64,000 bases of DNA from Octopus sinensis (lineage: Eukaryota): the NCBI RefSeq assembly GCF_006345805.1, contig NC_043000.1, forward strand, positions 102,238,001-102,302,000. Reading direction: 5' to 3'. The notes beneath the pieces are model-generated. The model was not told the DNA's origin. It did not search any database and was given only the letters and a program-made list of their open reading frames with translations. This document shows positions 10,236-23,879 of this stretch, piece by piece (the stretch's first letter is position 1; the number at the start of each line of letters is the position of its first letter). A program made the position numbers and the translations under genes.

Positions 10236-10671
10236 GGATCTTTTCGGTTTGAACGGCAGTTTTTTCTAGCGGTGTCATATGGAATTGTCACCCATAATTA
10301 TGACCCTAGTATTGATCGAGTGCATTTCAATCTGTTTTAGGGTTAGGGTTAGTTAGGGTTAGGATTAGGGGTGGGGGGAAGGGTATCTTTTTTCTTCACA
10401 GATGTAAATAAACCCAATCTGTTTCTTAAACGAGGGACATATTCATACGGCACAGAATGTTTTTTTTTACCTCAATGGACCTAATTGATTGGTTGAAATT
10501 GCAGAAATTGAAGAAAAACAACAACAAATATCTTACAAACTATAGAATTTTCTCAATAAAGCCATGAGAAAAAGATTTTTTATAAACACATTCTACCAGT
10601 ATACGAAGTTTAAAATTTTTTAGTTACCTAGAAATTATGTTAAAAGCTGCTGTTCAAACCGAAAAGATTCC
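10236..10671. mobile_element. Non-autonomous DNA transposon (MITE) with internal TTAGGG repeats
   Basis: TIRs of about 30 bp (GGATCTTTTCGGTTTGAACGGCAG / CTGCTGTTCAAACCGAAAAGATTCC). TSD TAAATTT at 10229-10235 and 10672-10678 (8 bp with one mismatch). Confidence 0.9.
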
Positions 10672-10870
10672 TAAATTTCCCTTACACTCACCAGTCATAT
10701 TTTGGATAATGTAGTTACGTTGTCCTGGACATATTTACTGAAAAAGACGTACTGGTCACACACCTAGAATGTCTATTTATCAAAGGTTTGCTCGATCAGG
10801 GCTAACCTGGTGTTAAATCAACAAGGATAGTGACATAAACGTCACGTCTTAATTTACACACCCCTAAATC

Positions 10871-11740
10871 AGCGAGTTGGCAGAATCATTAGCACCTTAG
10901 ACAAAACGCTGAGCTATATTTCGTCCATCTTTACGTTCTGAGTTCAAATTCCGCTACGGTCGACTCTGCTTTTCTTCATTTCGGGATCGATAAAATAGGC
11001 ACCAGTTGAGTAGCGGGATCAGTGTCGTCGAATTACCCCTTATGAATAAATTTTAGGCTTTCGGCATATAGTAGAATGCATTATCATTATTATAAAATGC
11101 AGCAAGCTGGCAAAATTGTCAGCAACCTGGATAGTATTCTTATCAGTATTTCGTCCGTCTTTACGTTCTGAGTTCAAATTATGTAGAGATCGACTTTGCC
11201 TTTAATCCTTTCGATGTCGGTAAAGTAAGTATAAGTCAAGTACTGGGGTCGACATAACTGATAAGCCCTCTCCCACCAAATTTTAGTGTGTGCTAATTGT
11301 GGAAAGTATATTTTACACACCTTTAAGACAGTGAGCTGGCAGAGTCGATAGCACGCCGGGCGAAATGCTTAGCAGTATTTCGTCTGTCGCTACGTTCTGA
11401 GTTCAAATTCCTCCGAGGTCGACTTTGCCTTTCATCCGTTCGAGTTCGATTAAATAAGTACCAGTTACGCATTGGGGTCGACATAATCGACTTAATCCGT
11501 TTGTTTGTCCTTGTTTGTCCCCTCTGTGTGTAGCCCCTTGTGAGCAGTAAAGAAATAAGAATCGATAGCATTTCAGACAGAATGCTTTGCAGTATTTCTT
11601 CCGGCTATTTAAGTTCTGAACTCAGATAACTTTGCCGTTCATTCAGGGTCGGTAAAATAAGTACCAATCAAGTACTGTGATCGATATAATTGACCAACTC
11701 CTGTCCATAAAATTTCTGGCTTGTGCCAAAATCTGAAACC
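10871..11740 (+). mobile_element. Cluster of four same-orientation SINE family B copies
   Basis: Units at about 10871, 11098, 11326 and 11560. Each has a tRNA-like head (GAGCTGGCAGA..GTTCAAATTCC) and the central GTCGACTTTGCCTTTCATCCTTTCGGGGTCGATAAAATAAGTACCAG, which from memory resembles the MetaSINE domain. Confidence 0.9.
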
Positions 11741-12297
11741 ATACTTTAAACACTATTATAAATATAGGTCATTTATCTATAATCAAATAAGACTCACTCA
11801 TATTATTCAGAAATGATTTCCATTAATTGGAGGCGAATGAATAACAAGTTTTGATTGATTTTTTTTTCTCTCATTTGTCATTCTGTTGTGAGGGGGGGGG
11901 GGCATAATTAACGTAATGTAATTCTGTTTTGCTTCACGTTTTTACCAGGTGATGTTTCTTTACATTGGTTTGATTTTCCTTCTTTGCGTAAATATTTATT
12001 TTGCATGATTAACGAAAGCTAAAACTCAAAACTTAAGTTGTTCTAACACTGAATGAAACATCTGCTACTGTTATAACACTATGGGTGTCAACAGAAATAC
12101 ATGCATGCACGCACGCATATAAACATACATATTGCAAACATGCACATACACATACATTCATACATTCACACATACACACACACGCGCGCGTGCATATTTT
12201 AGAGAGAGAGAGAGATATATGCTAGTGTATCCAAACATTGCTGTTATAAGTCAGAAATTAATTTCCGTTATCCAGGCACCACCACTTCAAACGAACG

Positions 12298-12392
<95 letters not shown>

Positions 12393-14166
12393 GCTCATGT
12401 ATGTGATTTTATTGACACTTAAATCGTGTATAATGGTTAACAGTGACTATATTTGAAGTCAGTAGAGAAAACCATTTCTTGGTAAACTTATCACTTTTCC
12501 ATCAAAATCGATAATATTGAAGTCTACAGTTAGTTTACTACTATTAACCTTAAAATTATAAAGAGCAGAATCTAATTTGAGAAAATTAAAACTGTGCCAA
12601 GGAAGCCTATCGAAACCTGTCTGGTCTTGTTTCTGTGGGGAAGTGACAGTGTGTCATAGACGTTCGATATTGTCAGAAACTAGACGTTTATGTCTATCAA
12701 TTTTAGAGGAGAACAGACAACACAAATAATCAATTATCATTAAATGGGGAGCAGTAAGAGAAAGCGAACACATGATGTTTCTGGTGATCTTGATTAGGAG
12801 ATATAGCTCTTAAAAATAAATTAAAGCGTTGATGATTCATTAAAAAAAAAAAATCCTTGCAAAATGAAATTAATGATAGCCATTTCGTATCTGCACGTCT
12901 TCCAGTGTTGCCATATTAACCTTTTGATTTGCAATTTTTGTGGTGCTTCAAACGGTATATCTGACACTACTTGGAGGCCAAGGTATGTCAGTAGTTGGCT
13001 AACGTAAGCGCTGTCTGTTGATACATAATCTATACCAAATTCAGTTTTTTGGCTTTTTTATAGTAATAAATTAGTTAGAAGCAGAATAGCGGCGTCCATT
13101 TTCCTTTCCATGGTTTCCACGACTTGTGAGGGATGAAAGGAAATGCAGATATTTTTCCGCTAACCTGAGACCTGACAAAAAATTATAAAAGGGTGAACAC
13201 CGTTTAAGGTACTAAAATGCTAGGTAGTGTTGTTAAACAAGGCGACAGTTTACGTCTTCCACCCTGGACAGAAGCAGTCTCTCTGATCAATTTCCGGAGT
13301 GTCTGTCCACCAAACTTTTTTTAGAAGGCTTTGGTTGATCCGAGGTTTGGGTAGCAGGCAACTGGTCAAGATGCCGAGAATTGAAATTGAACCGAACACT
13401 GGTGGTAGCGACGTAAGCTTTTTAATCAACAGCCAAGCATGAAAATAGTTTCACTTTCATAAGAATCAAACCCAATTTATTTACGGGTACCGCTTTCAGT
13501 AGACAAGCTGAGAGACGTGCAGACTTTCGTGTTATGCACAGAATAGGGTTTTATGCTAGAATAGAGCAGTATTTGAATGTATAGCAATAAGAGAAAACAC
13601 CAAAGGCTGCAAAAATAAAAAATTAAATAAAACAAAGAAATGTGAGAATATTGGAAGGAAAGCTCTCAGGATATTTGTTTGGACATGTACGAGATGTTCT
13701 TAGAATGGTTACCTAAATGGCACTCCAGTTCTCTTATATTGCAAAACTCGAACGTGATTCAATAAATGGGGTTAATGCAAGTATAATTGCAGATACACTC
13801 CCGGGATATTGGTCATTTGAAGAATATAGCAGAAATCGCTTGCACAAGGTACAGCACAGACGGTTTTCGAGAAAAGCATTTAACCACGCTGCCTATTATA
13901 TATAAATATATTGGAAAACTGTCGGTGATTCACTCCATCGTTACTGAGAATTTCACGCACACACACACACTCAGAACTTCACACATGCACACAAGATGTG
14001 CGTATATGATCTTGCAGACGATATTGCTGAATTCATAATATAATGTAGATAATAGTAGAACAGAATCACTAATATCGCTTGGCAGATCGTATGCATAAAT
14101 ATCTAGCATGTGTGAGTGAAGTTCTGAGTAACGAGGGAAGGAAGAATGTCTGATTGTTATCGAAAA

Positions 14167-14210
<44 letters not shown>

Positions 14211-14212
<2 letters not shown>

Positions 14213-14403
14213 TCTTTCGTTCGCTCCTTTCTTCATTTGTACACACAGGAACATGTAAACTTAAACTAGATATATGTGCGTATGTTTATGTAATGTGCCT
14301 GTAAAAAATATATATGTATATAATATATATATACATATATACACACACATATATATACATGTATATGTATTTATATATGTATATATATGTATATACATAC
14401 ATG

Positions 14404-14455
<52 letters not shown>

Positions 14456-14459
14456 ATAT

Positions 14460-14490
<31 letters not shown>

Positions 14491-14684
14491 CCTCTTTCGT
14501 TCGCTCCTTTCTTCATTTGTACACACAGGAACATGTAAACTTAAACTAGATATATGTGCGTATGTTTATGTAATGTGCCTGTAAAAAATATATATGTATA
14601 TAAATATATATATACATATATACACACACATATATATACATGTATATGTATTTATATATGTATATATATGTATATACATACATG

Positions 14685-14760
<76 letters not shown>
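14211..14760. repeat. Recent 280-bp tandem duplication
   Basis: CCTCTTTCGTTCGCTCC...GTAAAAAATA is identical at 14211 and 14491. Both junctions lie in (TA)n. Confidence 0.9.
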
Positions 14761-14773
<13 letters not shown>

Positions 14774-15109
14774 GTATATATATATGTATATATGTACATA
14801 TATATATATATGTATATATATGTATACATATATATGTATACATACATACATACATATACATATATATATATATGCCCAAAAATAAATGCGCACTTTAACA
14901 GCTGATTACTCAGTTTTTATTTCTTTTTAGATTTAATCCGTAAGAAATAAGGAAGGGAGTTAGACTAAGCTTTGAAAAAAGGAAATTAATCCTAAGCTGC
15001 TATTGCAAGCTTCAAAACATCATAGGAATGCAATGACAGTTCGGGGAAGGGTTGTTTCAAATTGATCCACCTACGTAACTTACCGTATTACCCCCAAAAG
15101 AGCTTTTCA

Positions 15110-15950
15110 AAAATTCCATTAATCCTACCACCATGTATAGAAACTTTTCGTTTTATTCTTTTTTCGTAATTTACACGTGGAAAAATACGGGGATTTTAAT
15201 TCAGATTTTTTTCTTATTTTGAAAATTTCAATTTCATCTAAATATCCCGCTTCTCTTCTCGGATTTTGGAATATCCATCTCATCCTTATATCAATATTCC
15301 GGATGTTTTTAAACTTGGCGTCACATTTCCATGTGCGTTGATGCTCGTCGAACCAACACATGAAATGGAAAGATCCTCAATACGGTCGCTCGAGATGCTT
15401 CAAATATCTGTCAAATCTCTGACAAGTTTGTTTTTTTTCTTCCAAAATTTCAAAATATTTTCAAATTAACCCCTTTCCCCGGCAAACGGAATATCGATGC
15501 TCTCCGCGCATGCGAGGTAGTGGTAGTGGTGATGGTGGTGGTGGAGGGGCACTGATATAGTAGGCGAAATGAGGGAGGTTTTCAATCTCGATATGCTACA
15601 AAAAAACAACCAAAGTTTTGAAGAACAATTTTCTTCCAAAATTTCCCTTTTTGTATCAACCCCGCCTACTGACCTTCAAAATAAAGACACCTGCTTCACA
15701 GAAATACAAGAATACATCAGTGCAGCTATTCCCAAAACCCAAACGATACACATCGAATTATTTAGTAAATTCCACACCAACACCTCTTTATTAATGAGAA
15801 AACGAAATAGCTTGCATCCATATATTTCTAGTTTTTATCGCCAAATTTGGACAAATTTTAAACGTTTCAAATCGTCTCTAAAAACACCATTTAAGTCTTC
15901 AACCCAAATTAGTAATTTAGTGTGAGATTATAAAACTAATTAATCATTTT
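15110..15950 (+). mobile_element. Diverged fragment related to the 51-52.5 kb Helitron-like element
   Basis: CACGTGGAAAAATACGGGGATT (about 15174) and CGCATGCG (about 15507) match the reverse complement of about 52055-52080 and about 51936. Boundaries are approximate. Confidence 0.45.
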
Positions 15951-17339
15951 TCTGAGTAGATGCATCTTTAAAAAGTCTTATAGACTTGTAATTGGTTCCC
16001 GCTCCCGGTTAAAAATATTATCTACCACTTGGATCGGTTATTAGTCCTCAGCTGTAATTTTGTTCACATCCTGTATGCATCATAGCTGTATTTCATGGGA
16101 GAAAAGGGATCCCCGGGGTGTTGTGAGGAGAGAAAACGAGCAGAAAAATCAATATCTAAAAAATTAAAACCATTTAAAATATTTCGCATTTACATTTCGC
16201 CGTGGAGACACGCTGTGTGATCATGATGTTTCAAAAGAATGCATGTGAGCACACTGCTTTTGCATCAAATTGTTCAACTCATATTGCTGTACTGTTTCCT
16301 GATTGGCGCCATTTAATTCATTTACTGCTGCATTATTGGCGTGTTTCTTCTTCATCTTGAGTTCCTCCTTGAATATTTTTTTTATATAATTTAATTTTTG
16401 TCAGTTTATAAAATTTTCCTGTTTTTTTTTTAATGTAGTTTGAACTCTTTGAAAAGATTCAATATTTTTTGTCGTTAGCATTTTTAGTTTTGTCTCAAAG
16501 ATAGACAAATGCAGGAGCCTGACCGGCCGCTGCCGTCGAGATCTCAGGTGTTCTCAGGCCCTGCACTATTGATTTCGACCCCAAAATCAGGATTACTGCG
16601 GTCCGTCTGTGAAATGAGCCGTTGGGCAGTTGTTGCAGCAAGTGCTACTGCCCATTCTCAGCGGCAACGCCTTTGCAAACCTATCTGCGAGGCGCAGCTG
16701 AACACATCATTTGCACTGGGGTGTACAACACGTTATTCCCTACCCCGTCTTCTGCTGTTTAATTCTCTCCATTTTTACCTTTCTCTTTGTTTCTTTGGTG
16801 AGGTAGCTGGTGAGGGGACCTTGTTAGTTTGATCGTTTATACTTTTAACGTACATTTTTGTTTCTTTTCTTCCTGTAATAATATATTGTTAATAAAATGT
16901 TATTCGTAAAAATATGTTATTTTAATTTTATAATGTTAAATAAACATTGCCGAAGATAATTCATTCTATTATTCAACATGCATTATATATAGTCCCTAGT
17001 ACATGTTCAAAACTTAGTCCTCTTTGCATATGCAAACGCATTTCAGTCGATAATAATGATAAGTATTATGTAAAAAAAAAATATTATTTCTTGGCCCTAA
17101 AAAAGTGTTGCCTATAAAAAGAGTGGTCTAACACGAAATGCAGGTTCAGTATTAATACTATCAATGGAAAAGTGCAGAACGAGATTAATTGGAAGTTTTA
17201 AAATATTACAATTGAAGTTTGAATTGAAATAGAAAAAAATTATTTTGGGTTTCATTCAAATGTAAAAGCATTCCTCCCCCACTCTTTCGATACTAACTCC
17301 CCCTATGAAGTAAATTCTATATGGAACATTTTATATTAA

Positions 17340-17730
17340 TCTATATATATAAAACTGAAGTTGTCTGAGTGTGTGTATGTGTGTGGCTGGTTTGGTAGCC
17401 TTCAACTAACACTATCTCCTCCGAGACCCTGTGGCGCAAGTTGGCCAAAATTGAGAGTATGATAGAAGAAGGCTTGCTCTTCCTTTCGTAGAAGATAAAA
17501 TTCAAATCGGACCATATTAACACCAAAAATTATTTACATCAAAAAGGTGCTTTTTTTCTATGAAAATCCCTATTTTTGACTGCTGTGTCGCCAGTTTTCG
17601 TTGTATTTCAACCAGAAAATTGTTCACTTAAAGAGAATAAGAAGCTACATAATGCAATTGTTTTACTTTTCAAAAATTCCAATTCTAAAGGGTCGAAACA
17701 AACCCGAGCAACGCCGGGCGATACTGCTGG
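17340..17730 (+). mobile_element. Complete non-autonomous Helitron (391 bp)
   Basis: Starts A|TCTATATATATAAAA, has subterminal hairpin CCCGAGCAACGCCGGG, ends CTGG|T, inserted between A and T with no TSD. Confidence 0.85.
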
Positions 17731-18151
17731 TCCTCTATAGAATAGAAGTATGATGGAAGAGGCTTGAAACGTTTTTATACAATGATGTAACCTATCTTTG
17801 AAAATTTTTTAAATGCTACCTTCTTTGTATGCTTTTCCAACAGAAGCTGAGCTAACATTTAGGCATAGAGAAATACGAGTTCTGTCAAATAAACAGTTGT
17901 ATCCCACAGTTCAGAAATAATGAGAGATAAAAGTATGGTGGTTTTGGTGAGGTCTGCTATCTCCTAATGAAGTTTGAAAATTTACCCCCAGGAGAGACAA
18001 AAATCCGAAAGTATCACCATAAAACTTGGGAAATTCAACACTTTGGGCTCCTGATACCCAGAAACAACCCCACCAACACCCGTATCTTCTATAAAACATG
18101 ACCCACAACCAACCTGCCCCAAAGTGCACAAATTTTTTTGTTTTGTCAAGC

Positions 18152-18563
18152 TTCTATCTTTTATCTTTTGCTTGTTTCAGTCGTTAAGCTGTGGCCATGC
18201 TGGGGCACCACCTTAAAGAATTTTAGTCAAATGAATCAACCTTAGTACTTATTTTTCTAAAGTACTGCTGCTTATTCTCTCGGTCTCCTTTGCCGAACCG
18301 CTAGGCTACGGGGAGGTAAACACACCAACGCCGGTTGTCAAACGGCGGGTGAGAGACAAACACAAATACAAAGACAGACACATATACATACATACATAGA
18401 CGACGGGCTTTTTTCAGTTTTCGTCTACCAAATTCACTCATATGGCTTTGGTCGACCCGAGGCTATACTAGAAGACACTTGCTCAAGGTGCCACGCAGTG
18501 GGATTGAACCCTGAACTACGTGGTTGGGAAGTAAACTTCTTACCATACAGCAACGCCTGCGCC
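18152..18563 (-). mobile_element. SINE family A, full length
   Basis: tRNA-like head GGCGCAGGCGTTGCTGTATGGTAAG..GGGTTCAATCCC, internal microsatellite, tail ..GAAACAAG-(AAAAGAT)n. Confidence 0.9.
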
Positions 18564-18869
18564 AATCATTTATTTTCCCCAGACTCAGAATAAATCATGT
18601 GGTATATTTTCGATTAGATATGCAGGTGCTATGAAGGAAAAATATGTCCCTTAAATTTAATAGCATTGCCAGTATGCAATCCAAGGGTAACCTAGTCTTC
18701 CCTTTAATATTTTCCCTTTCTACCCCATCTAAATCCAGCGAAAAGCATATTATTTCAATTAAAATCAAACTTCATCTGCAATATTTCTAAGTTTCAGTTT
18801 CATATGTTTTACTTTTCCAGTAAATAATAAATATATTATCACTTCTGCGTTCATATTTTTTGTGCCAGC

Positions 18870-18913
<44 letters not shown>

Positions 18914-20879
18914 TGTGTGTGTCTGTGTCTGTGTTTGTGTGTGTGTGTGTGTGTGTGTGCGTGTGCTTCCGCTTGTATGTATGTACGTAAGTATATATGT
19001 ATGTATGTGTATACTATAGCTTACATATTTTGATCCCCACTTTCTCATCCTCGTTACAACCATCGCCAAACTTTTCCTAGCACCTCTTGCCCCTCCTATT
19101 TCATTATTCCTACTACTACTGCTACTACTACTACTAATACTACTACTACTACTACTACCACCACCACCACACCACCACCACCACCACCATACGTCCCATC
19201 AGTACAGTCTCTCCCCATATCTGTTATCGTCAAACATCCACCCAATCATCGTAAACACCGACATTAAAACGCTTTCAAAACTGTTCATGCCTCACCACCA
19301 TTAACTACGATCACGACACATTTGTGACGCCATTACAGCCGTTAAAATGTCACCCACACCATATCCACCGACCACAGTACAACCAGCCATTTATGTAGTT
19401 TCTTTTAGTCTTATATCCTTCTGAATACCTGTCATTACATTTTGGTTCCCTACCTCCCTGTACTCTTTGTAGCTAAACCACAAACCACAGGTACTTCAAA
19501 AGCCTTCTTTAACTTATAGCTATTGTTTATATGTGTGTCTGTCTGTCTGTCTGTATGTATGTATGTATGTATGCATGTATGCATGTATGTATGTAGGTAT
19601 ATGTGTGTATATACATATATATCTATGTATGTATATGTATAGTGTTATATATACATATATATATATTATGTTACATTATGCGTGTTAGTATGTATTGTGT
19701 GTGTCTATGTGTGTGTATGTGTGCGTAGGAAACGCGTTCCAGACGTGTGCATGATGTACCCATGATAGGTAGGTTTTGTTTTCATTTTCTCAGCGTGTCG
19801 GAATACTGATGCTGGTTTCTTAATGTAATGACTACCAGACAGAATGTACAACAAAACAAAACAAAGCAAAACAAAACATCTCTTATATTTTCAATATCAA
19901 TTATGATTACTTCAGCTACATAATTTACACAGTTGGTCCAAATGACTACAGGGCAATTAACGCAAATTAATTATATACACCAATATTTCTCTGCATCTGT
20001 GCACACACTCTTCATTTCATCACGCCTAAAATCCGCCAAAAAGTACTATGGTAATTACCTCTCGCCAATTCAATATATATGTCTAGAAAATGTTGTGCTT
20101 TAAAATAATATAATTTATATAGTTTGTCATAGTTTGAGTTAGCAGTTTATATTGCTTTAGTTAGGCACTCAAATAATATTTGACTTCAACAAACCGGCAA
20201 TATCTAAATATCTGAACAAAAGATAAGGAAGATTTTCAACGATCAATGGTTACTTTCACCTGTAACAATGGTTCTAGTATTTGAACAGCTACAATGCTTG
20301 AAGATCTAGTTTAATTACAGAATTCACGATCGCTTCTGGTTTTGAAAATGTTAAGTTACTTGACAAGGCGAAAAATCCATTGATTTTCAAATCCGCTATT
20401 ATTTAACTATAGGGAGTGTTCAAGTTCTGTTGCTCTGTTTTGTTATCAGCAACGTATTAATATGTTCAACGAATTCTCTTTAAGAAAACTTGCTGAGAGG
20501 ATGGATACTTGAAAAATTTCAGAATTACAGTGAGAATAAAATTTCGTGTTGGAATGTTAACGCACATGACTTTTGAGGCACCTCAAATCGGTAATGTTTA
20601 TGCAGTTGAGATTCAGATAAACTTTAGAGAAATGCAAGCAAAGAAGATTTTCCAAGAGAAAAATCAATGTCGAAATTATAGGATTGAGCAAAACGCTCTG
20701 AGCCGAGGTTAATTGGAAGAGAAATGTATGCATAATATAGGCTTATATTTAGATAGTATGTACATTGTTATCTAAAAGAAGTAGACACTGTAAAATTAGT
20801 GAAGGAAGAGGTAGAAATATAATACGAAGCCGGTGAGTTGTGGTTAAAGGACAAATTAGAGTGGGAGGTACGATTATAT

Positions 20880-21420
20880 CTGCTGTTACTGTTTAACCCC
20901 AGGTCAGATCTGATTCAAAGGATCTATGATCAAAAGCATTCCAGCCTTGATTATTCGACTCTTTACTTTACCCATTGCACTTAGGATCACATTATCCAAT
21001 AGAAGGCTAGGATAATAATTTAAGAGAGAATTTTCATGTATTTAGCAAATCGATGACCCCTTAAACGCTCCGTCATTGATTCTGCAATTTAGGTATGCAA
21101 AGTGCTACAAAATATGTCGCAGTTTATCCTTACAAATTATGTAATTCTCAGAGACGAAGTTCGCTCTACCCTGAAGATAAAACAAGATCTTTATTATGAA
21201 AACTGTTTCGATTTTACTCATTTCTACATGATCGCACTATCTGCTAGAAATAGTACCAAACCACCCTCAAATTACACTCTACCTACCGTCTTAAAAAACG
21301 AAAGGGTCATTGTTAATAAAGTCCTAAATATTCTAGGCTTTATATAAATACGTGAAAATAACGATTAGAATACACTTGATCGTGGGCCAGTTTCACAAAG
21401 ATTAACATGAGATAAAACAT
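20880..21420. mobile_element. Two opposite-orientation copies of an old interspersed repeat (family D)
   Basis: Motifs CTGCTAGAAATAG..CAAA..CTCAAATYACAC and GCTGGAATGCTTTTGATC are shared with 23880-24180 and 10211-10825. Confidence 0.55.
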
Positions 21421-21802
21421 CTGGAGTTTTTTCGAACCTGATTCAGAAGATTTACATTTAAAATTAATTCTATAAGTTTAGCTTGCTTTTTGTTCTTTTG
21501 TTATTTTTATTTGTTTTTTTAATGAATAAGTATACTGCTGCAAAACTCTAGATATTATACGTAACTAGGAAAATATGGATAATATATAATTTTTATTATT
21601 GGCTTAAAATGAGATATGATAGAAAAGTCCTCCTATCCGGCCTCCCTCGTTCTCTCTTTCCCCCTCTATCTATCTATCGAAAGATCTGTGTCTATCACTC
21701 TATCACTGGGTTTCTTTATGATCAAAACACTAGAAGTGTAACGAAAGAGCTGTAAATTAAGACAAGACACTTCATGATTATCAGTTGTTACAACACCCAC
21801 TA

Positions 21803-23072
21803 CGAGGGGCGTTCAATAAGTAATGCCCCTGACCCACTTGCATTTGTTTGATCTAGCTGAAATTTTGCATGTGCACTTATTTATATGTCTATAGATTAAG
21901 TGGCGAATTACAGCTCTGAAATAATTGTGGCTTCTGATTTACAGGTGTTTGAACTGAGTCAAGTGGGAAATGGAGCCTGTTGAGTGTCGAGCAGTGATCC
22001 GGTTTTTGTATTTGAAAGGACGCACACCACGAGAGACTTTTGATGAAATGAAAGTAACTTATGGTGATGATGCCCCATCATATGACCTTGTAAAACGCTG
22101 GCATTGTGAATTCAAACATAGTCGGAACTCTGTGGAAACAGCTCCCAGATCTGGTCGCCCCCTTCTGCCGTTGATGAGACGTCTGTCCGTCAAGTTGAGG
22201 CTGCCATTTTGGAAGGTCAACGCATAACTATTCGCCAAATAGCCCATAAGGTCAAGATTAGTACGGGGTCTGTGGAAACTATCATTTATGACCATTTGCA
22301 TATGCAAAAGGTGTCTGCCAGATGGATTTCCAGGTTGCTCACACCTTTCCAGAAGCAAGAACGCGTTGAGTGCTCGAGGATGAATTTGGAGATGTACCAA
22401 GAAGATGAGTCAAAATTTTTCAAAAGACTGATCACACAGTATAAAACCTGGGTCCATCACTATGATCCATAGACCAAAGCCCAGTCAATGCAGTGAAAGC
22501 ACCGTGACTCACCTCCTCCAAAGAAGGCAAGGGTGCAGCCCTCCGCTGACAAGGTTATGCTCACAGTCTTCTGGGACCAGGACGAAGTAGTGATGACAGA
22601 TTTCCTGGCAAAGGGTACCACAATTACAGGAGCCTATTATGCTTCACTTTTGAGGAAATTAAGAGAAGCTATCAAAATCAAGAGGCGGGGCAAGATCAGC
22701 AAAGGCATTCTCCTCCTGCAGGACAACGCTCCGGTCCACAACTCGCGTGTCGCCAGATCAGAAGCACAGGCGTGCAGCTATGAACTCCTCCCCTTGCACC
22801 CTCTGATTTTCACCTCTTCCCAGCCATGAAGTTGATTTTGAAAGGAAAGCGTTTCCCAGATGATGCAGCCTTGATTTCTGAAGTCACGTCGTGGTTGGAG
22901 GACCAAGCTGGGGTCTTCTACAAAAACGGTCTCCAGAGCTGTATCAAACGATGGGAGAAATGCATAACTCTGGGTAGTTCCTATGTAGGAAAAGACTAAT
23001 AACTGTGCCAAGTGTCGTTGCTCTACTTCTATGGGAAGTGGGTCAGGGGCATTACTTATTGAACGCCCCTCA
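21803..23072 (+). mobile_element. Full-length degenerate mariner transposon (DD34D type)
   Basis: 37-bp TIRs CGAGGGGCGTTCAATAAGTAATGCCCCTGACCCACTT with one mismatch. TA TSD at 21801-21802 and 23073-23074. Length 1270 bp. Confidence 0.97.
21970..22999 (+). pseudogene. Mariner transposase pseudogene
   Basis: MEPVECRAVIRFLYLKG..RSGRP, ARWISRLLT, TWVHHYDP, LLQDNAPVH, LAPSDFHLFP..KRWEKCI..*. It has frameshifts and stops, the first catalytic D is changed (ITQYKTW) and HPPYSPD is deleted. Confidence 0.95.
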
Positions 23073-23879
23073 TATGATTACTCTTAACAGTAATCCGAAA
23101 TGCATTATGTCTGTCTCTGTTTCTCTATCTAGTGAAAGATCTATAACTTAAGTCATCTCATAATTGTCAGTTGTTGCAAAAAACACTATGCTTACCTTTA
23201 ACAATATCCTCAAATACGCACATCATATCTGCCTTTTTTTTGTAGAATTTCAGGTAAATATATTTGTTCTCCTCAACAGTTGTATTTTTGGACCTTTCAC
23301 AAATAACTCTATTTTGACCCATGGTTTGGGAAAGCTTTTAAACCGCATCTGGTGGTGATGCTCCAACCCAGGAGTTCAAGAGTCCTGGAGTTTCGAGGAG
23401 TATGAAAATACACCTTGGTCACCACTACTCCTAGATCCCTTCTATCCTATGGTGGTGTTATCTTTCAAGGGCCCCAGTTAAGGGTCAAACAACAGGACTT
23501 CGTCGAGTGGTTGAGCCATACAGGACACAGAGGAAAGCGCCCCTTAGACATGTGTCACGTAGGACCACCTATGGATATATCCTAATGCCTCATGAATCAG
23601 TCAAAGGACTAAACAGGCACAGTGCCTAAAGTGTAAGTTTGAGAAAGTAACTGAAAACCGTGTATTTTTTCCAAGAGAGATCATTCAATTTGGTATAGAG
23701 GTCCGTGATCACCGATGCTTATAGGTATACCACATGGAGAGAGGGGAAGAGAGCAAGAAAGATAGAGAGAATGAGGGAGGGAGTGAGGGAATGAATGAGT
23801 AAGTGAGGGAGGAGGGAGAGTTACTCACACAAGCTATCGTCAATTTACTTCAGATTCGGGAATATGCCTTCTTTCTACG

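Noticed and set aside
10337-10378. Telomere or chromosome fusion scar
   Set aside because: Only a few degenerate units, enclosed by the TIRs of a MITE.
10871-11740. CRISPR-like repeat-spacer array
   Set aside because: The units are about 200-bp diverged SINEs in a eukaryotic context, with no short constant repeats or cas genes.
15569-15925. 118-aa ORF
   Set aside because: No recognisable motif, and it lies within a diverged repeat region.
16205-16830. piggyBac Cys-rich tail and the GC-rich 107-aa ORF
   Set aside because: Only a weak QKNACEHT..NC resemblance, and no TTAA-flanked TIR or recognisable domain.
21970-22999. Domesticated SETMAR-like gene
   Set aside because: TIRs and TA TSD are intact, the ORF is broken and there is no SET domain.
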